Source: an uncultured Halobacteriales archaeon (lineage in GTDB: Archaea; Thermoplasmatota; E2; JACPAO01; JAHWKR01). From it: a stretch of DNA of 64,000 bases. Below the pieces are notes generated by a model. The model saw only the letters and a program-made list of their open reading frames with translations, ran no database searches and was not told the origin of the DNA. The position numbers and the translations under genes were made by a program. The stretch is taken from contig CAYVRY010000001.1 of NCBI GenBank assembly GCA_964452895.1, forward strand, positions 525-64,524, read 5' to 3'. This document shows positions 39,703-47,994 of this stretch, piece by piece; the first letter of the stretch is position 1, and each line of letters starts with the position of its first letter.

Positions 39703-40554
39703 CTAGGCGGTGAACTCCAGTTCCATCCCGGGAGACGGTGCGATCCAAGAGTACAGGAACAACCATTTCGTGCCCTCCGGCAACGTCCCGGCGCAGGCAT
39801 CACCACCGTTGTTCAGGTCCGTCCCGAGCGGTTCCAGGTCCTCGTTGAACGCGGTGCAGTCCGTGTCCTGGTAATCCTCGAGGCCGTTGGTCACGCTGAA
39901 GCTGAGGCCCCAGTAGCTCTCGTCGAGTTCCTGCCAGTGTCCGTCGATGGCGGGTTCTTCCGGGCCGAGAAGCGCGGAAACGCACATCAACCCGACTTCT
40001 TCGTCCAGGGCGCCGACGCATCCGAGCGTCGGCTGGTCGTACGTGAACACCAGCTCATCGGGCACGCTTTGGCCTGCCTCGATAGTCAGATCCACCGTCT
40101 CCTCGACGGTCTGGGAGTCTCCGTAGGTGAGCGTGAAGGTCGCCGTGAAGTTGCCGGCGTCATAGCCGTGAACGAGGGAATCCTCACCGTCGGTCACGTC
40201 GCCGTCTTCCGTGGCGCCGTCCCCAAGTGCGAGGCTCCAGGTCGCGTTCTCGTCGTTGGTCTCCACGTCCCATGTGAACGTGACGTTCACGGGCGCGGTC
40301 CCGCTTGTGGGGTCCGCGCTGAAGGATTCAATGGAGGCCGTCCACTCTGCGTCGTCTCCAGGACCCGACGTGTCATCGGGATCCGACGCGTCGTCGGGGT
40401 CCGAGGTGTCACCCGAGTCGTCACCGTCGGTCGCGTCGTCATCGGTCGTGTCTACGGGATCGTCCCCGCCGGAGAGGCACCCAGAGAATACCAAGGCAAA
40501 AAGCATGAGCACGGCGAGGGAGAGTTGGAATCGCATCAAGAGGGCGGCCCGCAT
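39703..40554 (-). CDS. secreted acidic PKD-domain lipoprotein
   Basis: Signal plus lipobox-like LVFSGC; Asp/Thr-rich linker; PKD fold (SADPTSGTAPVNVTFTWDVE...GNFTATFTLTYGDSQ). An oligo-T run on the coding strand (A6 at 39617-39622 on the plus strand) follows its stop. Confidence 0.7.
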   Translation of the reverse strand: MRAALLMRFQLSLAVLMLFALVFSGCLSGGDDPVDTTDDDATDGDDSGDTSDPDDASDPDDTSGPGDDAEWTASIESFSADPTSGTAPVNVTFTWDVETNDENATWSLALGDGATEDGDVTDGEDSLVHGYDAGNFTATFTLTYGDSQTVEETVDLTIEAGQSVPDELVFTYDQPTLGCVGALDEEVGLMCVSALLGPEEPAIDGHWQELDESYWGLSFSVTNGLEDYQDTDCTAFNEDLEPLGTDLNNGGDACAGTLPEGTKWLFLYSWIAPSPGMELEFTA

Positions 40555-40726
40555 AGGGGCATATAGGTCTTGTGGACGCTTCGTGCTTCAATCCCTGAAG
40601 CCGACACTTTACGGGCGACGCCGATGCCGCGCCCATGGTTTGAACAGTCGCTCCCATTGCGAACCGGCCGCCAGCGTTAAATCGTCCCCCGGGGTCGCCC
40701 ACTCTCTGGATTCCGGCATGGCACGC

Positions 40727-40799
40727 GGGCCCGTGGTCTAGGGGTTATGACGGCGCCCTTACAAGGCGCAGATCACCGGTTCAAATCCGGTCGGGCCCA
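40727..40799 (+). tRNA. tRNA-Val (anticodon UAC)
   Basis: Folded by hand: acceptor GGGCCCG/CGGGCCC, anticodon stem GCGCC/GGCGC with loop CTTACAA, T-arm ACCGG-TTCAAAT-CCGGT, discriminator A. No encoded CCA. Confidence 0.85.
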
Positions 40800-40877
40800 T
40801 CCCCTTCTTGTGCGTCCGGGTGGGGGGGACCGGACGCACTTCCTGCAAAGGGAAACCGACGGAATGCATGTGGCCGC

Positions 40878-41141
40878 TCAAGGCCACGGTGCCTCCATGG
40901 TGATGTTCACGGGTGTCCCTTCACGCACCGGTTTGGGCACTTTGATGGCGACCTCTTGGCCGGCCTCCGCCAACCGGATCGGCGTATGGTTCAGTTCCAG
41001 GCTCTCCACGGGCAGGGTCACTTCCCCGTCGGTGCTTTCCAGTTGGACGAAATCCCCGAGGCGAAGGATGTCGTTGAGTCGCACCGCTGCGACGTTTATG
41101 TTCGTGTAGTAACGGGTCACGGTCCCGACTTGGCCGGTCAT
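40878..41141 (-). CDS. small (87 aa) beta-barrel protein resembling EF-Tu domain 2 (hypothetical)
   Basis: The ATG at 41141 opens MTGQVGTVTRYYTNINVAAVRLNDILRLGDFVQLE...AGQEVAIKV. Only a weak pattern match. It lies between the two tRNA genes. Confidence 0.3.
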   Translation of the reverse strand: MTGQVGTVTRYYTNINVAAVRLNDILRLGDFVQLESTDGEVTLPVESLELNHTPIRLAEAGQEVAIKVPKPVREGTPVNITMEAPWP

Positions 41142-41244
41142 ACATTGTGGATTGCGCGGGGCCGGCCAAATAGACTGTCTCCAGCAGGACATGTAGGCCG
41201 ACCGGGATTGTGCCTCGGCGAAAGGGCCCGGCCCCCCGTCAAGG

Positions 41245-41253
41245 ATATAAATA
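41245..41253 (+). promoter_or_regulatory. BRE/TATA box (CAAGGATATAAATAGG) for tRNA-Gln
   Basis: TATAAATA centred about 45 nt upstream of the mature tRNA 5' end. Confidence 0.5.
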
Positions 41254-41294
41254 GGACGTTCGTAGCCGCGCCTGGCCCGGTGCACGTTTCTCGC

Positions 41295-41367
41295 AGCCCC
41301 GTAGTGTAGAGGCCAATCATGGGGGACTCTGGATCCCCCGACCGCGGTTCGAATCCGCGCGGGGCTA
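41295..41367 (+). tRNA. tRNA-Gln (anticodon CUG)
   Basis: Folded by hand: acceptor AGCCCCG/CGGGGCT, anticodon stem GGGGA/TCCCC with loop CTCTGGA, T-arm CGCGG-TTCGAAT-CCGCG, discriminator A. No CCA. Confidence 0.85.
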
Positions 41368-41428
41368 TCCCAGGGCGGGCATTGACCCCCCATCATGTTT
41401 CGATGTGGCAGGGTTCCACACTTCGGTC

Positions 41429-41908
41429 TTATTCGTGGTCGTGTTCGCGCCTGATCACCATGGTGTCTGAGTCCAGGATCTGGACGCGCAGACCGTCTTG
41501 GTTGTGAAGGTCCATCATGCGCACGACGTCTTTGGGCCAATAGGTGCCCAGGTTCCTGCCGGAGACGCTTGTCACTTTTGCCTGGTAATCTGTAAGGATC
41601 CTCTCGGGACCGTTTTCTTCCAATGTGATCTCTTCAAAGGCTTCCAGGAACTCCGTCGCGCACTGGGTGCACCGTGCGCCATGAAGATTGTGGTGGATCA
41701 GGACGATCGAGCCGACGGTGGTTTCCCGCATGAGGTCGTCGCGGCTTTCGAGGGTACGTCTTTGGCACACGGGGCACTTCCTTTTCGTCCCTGACGGGAA
41801 CGCCCGCGGCTTGTCCTTCATGAGACGGTTGCGGGTCTCGTGCATCGCTTGTGCCCAATCCTGCGGGTTCGGCGTGGTCTTGTTTTTTGGGTCCGTTGTT
41901 GCGCTCAT
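41429..41908 (-). CDS. hypothetical zinc-ribbon protein (second gene of tRNA-adjacent two-gene module)
   Basis: The ATG at 41908 (MSATTDPKNK...) lies 5 nt after the stop of the upstream gene. CPVCQ...CTQC four-Cys ribbon, then an acidic/beta C-terminal region. Confidence 0.45.
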   Translation of the reverse strand: MSATTDPKNKTTPNPQDWAQAMHETRNRLMKDKPRAFPSGTKRKCPVCQRRTLESRDDLMRETTVGSIVLIHHNLHGARCTQCATEFLEAFEEITLEENGPERILTDYQAKVTSVSGRNLGTYWPKDVVRMMDLHNQDGLRVQILDSDTMVIRREHDHE

Positions 41909-41913
41909 GTAGA

Positions 41914-42204
41914 TCACACGTGATAGGCCGTCACGACGAGGAGGAGGGTGCCGCCCCGATCTTGGTGCACGTCGAAGTCCACTCGCAGCCGGCGTTTGTG
42001 GGGAAGGTTCGAGAGTGCATACCACCCCCTTTGGTGCAAGACCTTTCCGTCTTCCGATTCCCTGATGTCTTTGGCGACATGGTAACAGCGTTCCAAGGCC
42101 ACGAGAACCGCCTGGAAAGGGATGCCCCGTTTTCCGGGATGATAATTGGGCGCCTTGACAACCTGTCCATTCCGGGCCAAGTCGTGCACTTCATGGACAT
42201 CCAT
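41914..42204 (-). CDS. small protein with DUF4258/BrnT-like C-terminus (candidate toxin; tentative)
   Basis: 96 aa. The C-terminal LLLVVTAYHV and an internal ALER segment recall DUF4258-type toxins. The similarity is weak. Confidence 0.35.
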   Translation of the reverse strand: MDVHEVHDLARNGQVVKAPNYHPGKRGIPFQAVLVALERCYHVAKDIRESEDGKVLHQRGWYALSNLPHKRRLRVDFDVHQDRGGTLLLVVTAYHV

Positions 42205-42231
42205 GGGCTCAAAAACACCGTCAACGTAGTT

Positions 42232-42278
42232 ACGTGTATTACACGTGCATATATAAGCTTTACGTGTTTTGCACGTAA
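42232..42278. promoter_or_regulatory. two ACGTG-type inverted repeats flanking a TATA box (ACGTGTA-t-TACACGT ... ATATATAA ... TTACGTG-ttttg-CACGTAA)
   Basis: Seen directly: IR1 at 42232-42246, TATA at 42249-42256, IR2 at 42260-42278, located 30-75 nt upstream of the 42204 start. Five ACGT cores lie within 55 bp. Confidence 0.45.
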
Positions 42279-42292
42279 GACCCTCCTGCTGT

Positions 42293-42952
42293 TCATGATG
42301 GGGCTGTGTACTGCGTGAGAATGGGCGCCGTCAGCAGGAGACCCATCGCAGCCACGAAGATCCAGTGGTACGGTGCCGGCGGGTCGGCCGCTTGGACCTG
42401 CAGGACCATTGCTGCCGCGAGCAACCCAAGCCACAGGACGCTCACCGCGAACGCCTTCGTGCGCACGGTGAGCCCTCTACGGGGGATCTGCGACATGCCA
42501 GAGGTTGTGTCCAGGGAGGTGGGTCGCGTGGCCAGGAACACCGTCACGCTCGTGGCGATCACCAACAGCACCGCCTGCAGGTAGACCTCTCGCGCGGCGG
42601 GCACGGTGAAATGAAGTACACTCATGGACACGAGGATGCCGACCCACACACTGGCGATACCGACCCGCTTCGTCCGATGTGAGAGGCTGCGGTGCTGTTC
42701 CCAGTCGTTGAGGATGGGCCCGAAGACCCGGTGGCCGTAGATCCAACGGTACATGCGTTCGGAGCTGCGCCCGTAACAATAGGCGGCAAGCAGCAGGAAG
42801 GGGGTGGTGGGGAGGAATCCGCGGATGAACAAGCCGAGCGTCGCAAGCCCGAGGCTGAGGGTGCCCAGGACCAGATAGAGCGCCCGCTGCAACGGATTGC
42901 GCGCCAGGCGCAGGCCGGCTCGGTCCACCAGGGTCTGCGGTTCCCCGTGCAT
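42293..42952 (-). CDS. DUF454/YbaN-family inner-membrane protein
   Basis: Family hallmark LPTTPFLLLAAYCYGRSSERMYRWIYGHRVFGPILNDWEQHRSLSHRTK. Start moved to the ATG at 42952. Confidence 0.7.
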   Translation of the reverse strand: MHGEPQTLVDRAGLRLARNPLQRALYLVLGTLSLGLATLGLFIRGFLPTTPFLLLAAYCYGRSSERMYRWIYGHRVFGPILNDWEQHRSLSHRTKRVGIASVWVGILVSMSVLHFTVPAAREVYLQAVLLVIATSVTVFLATRPTSLDTTSGMSQIPRRGLTVRTKAFAVSVLWLGLLAAAMVLQVQAADPPAPYHWIFVAAMGLLLTAPILTQYTAPS

Positions 42953-43140
42953 CGGCGCCACCTGCGCCCGGGTACAAAAAAAGCCACCCGCAATCACCAT
43001 TGACATGGCAACCTTGTCTCGCTCCTTGGGGATTGGGTCGTGGGGGCCGCACGGGGGGAGGGGCACTTTGTCTGATGGGACGTGGGTGCTTCATGTGGTC
43101 TTTACATGGCCTGGTGGGTCCGAGTGGGCCATGAGCCCGC

Positions 43141-44997
43141 GTGCCTTCTTCTCGCCGCGTCTTGTTCTTTCGGCGTTTCGCCGCTGTGACCAACTCCAGC
43201 GCGCGCCAGGCCGCCGACCAGGAGGCTCGTTTGCAGGCCATGCGGTGGACGGAGACCCGCGACGGGAACCGCCGGATCTCGTTGGCCACCTTGCCGGTTC
43301 TGGCGCTGCTCGGTCTCTATCTGCTGGTTTGGCCACCGCCGGATCTGGGGCGGCTGGCGGGCGCCATCGCGCTCGGGATGGCCGGCGTGATCCTCCTCGT
43401 CGTCTTGACGGCCCTGCAGCCCAACAGCGACCCGGGCCTGGCGGTCCCGTTGAGCACGGGAAGTTCCGTGGCCTTGGCCGCGTTGCTCACTGCGTTCCTG
43501 GTGGTCAGTGGCGAACCGGCGGCCGCGGTGGGTCTCTCGCTCGTGGTCGTCGCGGCGGGGGTCTTCATCCTGTCCGTCCCTGCACTCGTGGTGATCGCGC
43601 TCGCGGTCCATGTCGGATTCATGATGGCGGTCGTTCACCATGGTGGCGACACGGCGTGGTTGTTGGCCGGTGCGGGTCTGGTCTTGTCCGTGGTGTTGGC
43701 GGGTCTCGCGCACCACCGGCAGATACGCGTGTTGAAGGCAACGCTTCGCCTGGCGGACCGGGAGCGACGTCATGAGGTGGAGATGGAGAAGGCCTTCCGC
43801 AGATCGCGTGATGCGGAGCTGAACGCGAAGCGGCTTTCCGAGTCGGCTTCGGCCGGGATCCAGGCGCAGCGTGAGCGGGAGGCGTTGCGCGGGCGCATGC
43901 AGTCGATCCTGGACAGTGCGGGGGAAGGGATCATCGGGACGGACCATCAGGGCCGTGTGGTTTTCGTCAATGAGGCGGCCGCCCGGTTGACCGGCTTCCC
44001 GGAGGGTCAACTTGTGCGGGAGAACCTGCATGAACTCGTGCATCATTCCCGTGCAGACGGCTCTGTGTATCCGGCCTCGGAGTGTCCGGTCCGGGAGGTC
44101 CTGGACCGGCGTCGTGTCCGGGAGGTGGAAGGGGAGGTGTTCTGGCATCGCGACGGTTCTTCTTTCCCGGTGTCGTACGTGGCGAGCCCGTTGGTCGAGG
44201 AGGGGAAGGTGCGGGGGGTCGTCGTGGTTTTCCAGGATGTGACGGAACGTGCGGAACTGGAGAAGATGAAGGATGAGCTGGTCAGTGTGGTCAGTCATGA
44301 ACTGCGCACCCCGCTGACCTCGATCCACGGTTCGTTGAAGCTGCTCTCCGGCACCATGAAGGACGCCTTGCCGAAGCAGGGGGCGAAGCTCATCGACATG
44401 GCTTCGCGCAACACGGAGCGTCTGATCCGGCTGGTCAATGACCTGTTGGACCTGGAGCGGCTGCGGGCCGGGCGGTTCGAGATGGCGGTCTCGCCCGTGG
44501 GCACCAGGGAGCTCGCGGTGGAGGCGGTCCAGAGTCTGCAGGGTTTCGCGCACAGCCACGACGTCCGTCTCGTGACCGCCGGGGAGGACGTGACGATCGT
44601 CGCGGACGGACATCGGGTCCATCAGGCTTTGGTGAACCTGATCTCGAACGCGGTGAAGTTCTCCCCGATCGGGGGCACCGTGCGGGTGAGCACCGAGATG
44701 GATCCGGACCGGGTCTGGTTCAGTGTGGTGGACGAGGGACCGGGGATCCCTCGCGACAAACAGAAACAACTGTTCCGGCGGTTCTCCCAGTTGGACGTGG
44801 GCGACGCCCGGGACAAAGGGGGAAGCGGGTTGGGTCTTGCGATCACGCGGGGCATCGTGGAGGCCCACGGCGGACATGTGGGTCTCGTCAGCGAGCCGGG
44901 GAAAGGCAGCACGTTCTACATGATGCTGCCGCGGGAGAACATGGAAACGGGCGAAGACATCCGCGGGGAGGACCCCAACGAGGTGGATGTACAATGA
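43141..44997 (+). CDS. membrane-bound PAS sensor histidine kinase
   Basis: About 6 N-terminal TM helices, a PAS region, H-box HELRTPLTSIHGSLKLL, and N/G1/G2 boxes (LISNAVKFSP...DEGPGIP...GGSGLGLAI). The start may be the ATG near 43240. Confidence 0.85.
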   Translation: MPSSRRVLFFRRFAAVTNSSARQAADQEARLQAMRWTETRDGNRRISLATLPVLALLGLYLLVWPPPDLGRLAGAIALGMAGVILLVVLTALQPNSDPGLAVPLSTGSSVALAALLTAFLVVSGEPAAAVGLSLVVVAAGVFILSVPALVVIALAVHVGFMMAVVHHGGDTAWLLAGAGLVLSVVLAGLAHHRQIRVLKATLRLADRERRHEVEMEKAFRRSRDAELNAKRLSESASAGIQAQREREALRGRMQSILDSAGEGIIGTDHQGRVVFVNEAAARLTGFPEGQLVRENLHELVHHSRADGSVYPASECPVREVLDRRRVREVEGEVFWHRDGSSFPVSYVASPLVEEGKVRGVVVVFQDVTERAELEKMKDELVSVVSHELRTPLTSIHGSLKLLSGTMKDALPKQGAKLIDMASRNTERLIRLVNDLLDLERLRAGRFEMAVSPVGTRELAVEAVQSLQGFAHSHDVRLVTAGEDVTIVADGHRVHQALVNLISNAVKFSPIGGTVRVSTEMDPDRVWFSVVDEGPGIPRDKQKQLFRRFSQLDVGDARDKGGSGLGLAITRGIVEAHGGHVGLVSEPGKGSTFYMMLPRENMETGEDIRGEDPNEVDVQ

Positions 44998-45057
44998 CGT
45001 GGATCACCAGGCGTGTGATTTTTTTGGGTTCACGAGCCGGAATGGCGATAGGGAGGT

Positions 45058-45447
45058 ATGGGCATGACGCGGCAGGTATTGATCATTGACGACGACGAGG
45101 ACATCCGGGAAGTTGCGAAGATGGCGCTGGAGGCCACCACCACATGGGGGGTCCGGGCCTTGGCGGACGGGCCGTCCGGGCTGGAGGCGGCCCGTGCGGA
45201 TCCACCGGATGCGATCCTTCTGGATTACATGATGCCGGGCATGGACGGGCTCACGGCGCTGGGTGAATTGAAGAAGAACGACTCGACGCGGCACGTCCCG
45301 GTGGTCGTGTTCACCGCGAAATCGGAACCGGGGCTCGCCCAGCGGCTGCACGACGCCGGGGCGATCGGGCACGTGGTCAAGCCGTTCGATCCCATGAGCT
45401 TGGCCGAGAAACTGGAGGGACTCTTGGGTTGGAACCGCGAGCGTTGA
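45058..45447 (+). CDS. single-domain CheY-like response regulator receiver
   Basis: VLIIDDDEDIRE...DAILLDYMMPGMDG...VVFTAK...KPF. Confidence 0.85.
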   Translation: MGMTRQVLIIDDDEDIREVAKMALEATTTWGVRALADGPSGLEAARADPPDAILLDYMMPGMDGLTALGELKKNDSTRHVPVVVFTAKSEPGLAQRLHDAGAIGHVVKPFDPMSLAEKLEGLLGWNRER

Positions 45448-47993
45448 AAAAACTTCATACGACCGATGGGGCTCGCACGGAGAAGAGGCCGGGGCCGGAC
45501 CGGGTCCCGCCCGCGTTGGTCCCACTGTGGCAGCGGGCCCGTGGGAGCATGCAGGGACGCCTTGGCGTGTTGCAAAGCGCTTTGGCGGAACTGGAAAACG
45601 GCGGCATTTCCATCGGGACCCGGGAAGCGGCGATCCGGGAGTCGCACAAACTCGCCGGCAGCCTCGGTACCTACGGCCTCTTGCACGGCTCGGAAGTTGC
45701 GCGGGAGATTGAAGAGCGTCTTGAGCACGATGCACTGGTCCGCGCGGATTCACCCTGGTTGCGCGCCCGCGTCGAACGGATTCAGCAGCTGCTCGAGGAA
45801 GCCGGGGGCCAAGGCACGCCGCAGCGCGCCCCTGGGGACACCGGACCCCCACCCGTTTCCCTGGGCGGGCCCACCCCTGTGCACTGGGACCCGGAACATC
45901 CCACGCCGGGAACCGTGCATGCGGACGGGGCCACGACGGAGGATCGCCGGCAGACACCGGCCGCCCGCCGCGCCCCGGTGGAGGCGCACCATGGCCGGGG
46001 GCCGCTGGCGCGCTTTCTTCGCAGTGTGTTGGAGGACCTGGTGGAGCAGGAAGCCTTCGTAGCGAAGCTGATTCGCGCCTCTGGACACGGTTCCCCCCAA
46101 GAACCGCAGTTGGCCACCCGGGCGGCCAGGGCCGCTGCGCTGGCGCAGGCGGAAGAGGGACTTGCCGGTTTGTCAAGGCGGTTGCAGCGCATCGGTCTGG
46201 ACCGCCCGGCGCATCAGGCCCGGTTGTTGGCCGCCTGCTTCAAGCCGGGCATGAAAAGCTCCGAGGCGGTGCACGTGGCGAAGGGGCTTCTTGAGTTGGT
46301 GCGGTCGTTGACGCGGTGGTGCCCTGAGATCCCAGCGCGATGGGACGACGCCTTGGTCTGGGTCGTCTCCAGGGATCCCGACTGGCGCGATGAAATGGGG
46401 GCGGCGTTGGAGGCCATGGGGCAACGCGTGATGCTGTCGGCCCAGGCGCACGACGCGGGTTTGTGGATGCAGACGAAGAGACCCACGGGCGTCGTCGCGC
46501 ACGCGGCTGACCCGGGCGATTCACTGGGCCTGCCTGACGGTCTTCTGGGGCCGGCTGGAGGGTTGCCGATCCTCGTCGTCTTGGACCAGCCGGGAATCGA
46601 CGACCGGGTACGTGCCGCGCGCGCGGGCGCCCACCGGGTCGTGGAGCGCGCCGCTGCACCCCGGGAGATCGCCACCACGTTCCGCGATCTGGTGCAGTCG
46701 CGTCAACGTACGGGGGGCCGGGTGCTCGTCGTGGACGACGATGAGACGATCGTTTCCATGGTGCGGGAGGTACTGGTCTGGCACGGCTTCGAGGTCACGG
46801 CGGTGGTGGGGACACACCGAATCTGGGATGCATTGGAGTCTTGTTCCCCGCATTTGGTGGTCACCGATCTGAACATGCCCGGCATCGACGGCGTGGACCT
46901 CTGCCTGGCCTTGCGCACGGACCCGCGCTGGGAGAACCTGAGCGTGGTGTTCTTGTCCGCCCGCGATGACGAACAGAGTCTGCGGCGGGTGTTCGAAGCG
47001 GGAGCGGACGATTTCGTGCCGAAACCTGTGGACCCGGCGGTCCTGGTGGCACGGGTGCAGAACCGGTTGGCCCGGAAGAACGCGCGCATGGCCACCGGCC
47101 ATCTTGACCCGGTGACCCGTTTGCCGGCCGGACCGTCCTTCGAGGATCGGCTGAAGGGTCTTGTGGAGACGTCGGCCAAGGAGCACTCCAGGATCACCAT
47201 CGCCGTGGTGCGGCTTGATTCGGCGTCGCGTCTGCGCCAGGAGGTCGGGTACGTGGCCACCGAGCGCGAGGAGGCGCGTCTGGCTCGGGTGCTTGCGGCT
47301 CACCTGGAGGTCGGTTCCTTGGTGGGCCGGTTGGACATGGATCGGTTCGTGGTGGCACTGGACGGCATGGATGCCCAGGATGCGAAGAAGACGCTGCGGC
47401 TCGTGGTGGAAGAGTTCCAGGCGGCGCGGATGCGCGCCGGGCAAGAGTCCTTGACCGGGGCGGGTGTTTCCGCTGGGGTCGCGCAACGTTCGCTCCATGG
47501 CAGGGACCTGCGTGAGCTCATGGATCAAGCGGACGCGGCGCGCCGACACGCGGAACAGGCGGGGGGCTCGCGGGTCCACATCGCGGGCGGGGAAGGGCAA
47601 GGCCGTCCCGTCGAGAAGGTGGATGTGCTCGTCGTGGACGACGACCCCACCATCGGGCATCTGCTCGTGGAGACGTTGAGCCAGAAAGGCTGGCGGGTCT
47701 CATGGGAGTGCGACAGTGCGCGAGCACTCAAGCGCCTGGCCGGTGAACATCGTGACCTGAAGGCCCGCGTGATCCTTCTGGATGTGAACATGCCCGGGAT
47801 GGACGGTCTCACGGTGCTCCGGTTGTTGGCGAAGCGGGGGGTGGTGCCCGAGACCCGGGTGATCATGCTCACCGTGCGGGCGCGAGAGGATGAGGTGGTG
47901 CGTGCGTTGGGTCTGGGCGCATCGGACCATGTCGCGAAACCGTTCAGTGTCCCCGTGTTGGCCTCCCGCGTCAAGCGGGCTTTGGAGGATTGA
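45429..47993 (+). CDS. multidomain phosphorelay protein: HPt - pseudo-receiver - REC - degenerate GGDEF - REC
   Basis: HPt motif ESHKLAGSLGTYGLL. REC1 VLVVDDDETIV...VVTDLNMPGIDG...KP. GGDEF fold with DPVTRLP...ITIAVVRLD...GRLDMDRFVVAL...ADAARRHAEQAGGSRV, where GRLDMDRF replaces RYGGEEF. REC2 VLVVDDDPTIG...LLDVNMPGMDG...KPF. The TTG start overlaps the CheY stop (alternative ATG at 45549). Confidence 0.75.
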   Translation: MEPRALKKLHTTDGARTEKRPGPDRVPPALVPLWQRARGSMQGRLGVLQSALAELENGGISIGTREAAIRESHKLAGSLGTYGLLHGSEVAREIEERLEHDALVRADSPWLRARVERIQQLLEEAGGQGTPQRAPGDTGPPPVSLGGPTPVHWDPEHPTPGTVHADGATTEDRRQTPAARRAPVEAHHGRGPLARFLRSVLEDLVEQEAFVAKLIRASGHGSPQEPQLATRAARAAALAQAEEGLAGLSRRLQRIGLDRPAHQARLLAACFKPGMKSSEAVHVAKGLLELVRSLTRWCPEIPARWDDALVWVVSRDPDWRDEMGAALEAMGQRVMLSAQAHDAGLWMQTKRPTGVVAHAADPGDSLGLPDGLLGPAGGLPILVVLDQPGIDDRVRAARAGAHRVVERAAAPREIATTFRDLVQSRQRTGGRVLVVDDDETIVSMVREVLVWHGFEVTAVVGTHRIWDALESCSPHLVVTDLNMPGIDGVDLCLALRTDPRWENLSVVFLSARDDEQSLRRVFEAGADDFVPKPVDPAVLVARVQNRLARKNARMATGHLDPVTRLPAGPSFEDRLKGLVETSAKEHSRITIAVVRLDSASRLRQEVGYVATEREEARLARVLAAHLEVGSLVGRLDMDRFVVALDGMDAQDAKKTLRLVVEEFQAARMRAGQESLTGAGVSAGVAQRSLHGRDLRELMDQADAARRHAEQAGGSRVHIAGGEGQGRPVEKVDVLVVDDDPTIGHLLVETLSQKGWRVSWECDSARALKRLAGEHRDLKARVILLDVNMPGMDGLTVLRLLAKRGVVPETRVIMLTVRAREDEVVRALGLGASDHVAKPFSVPVLASRVKRALED

Positions 47994-47994
47994 T

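Noticed and set aside
43102-44994. 630-aa ORF antisense to the histidine kinase
   Set aside because: The sense strand has H-box and HATPase motifs. The antisense translation is Arg/His/Pro-biased.
43141-47993. Interpretation of HK plus standalone REC plus REC-effector as a Detocs-like anti-phage two-component defence system
   Set aside because: The kinase is a membrane PAS sensor rather than a TPR-type cytosolic sensor. The third protein carries HPt and a degenerate GGDEF rather than a nucleosidase effector. The context (glycosyltransferase downstream) fits regulation of polysaccharide synthesis better.
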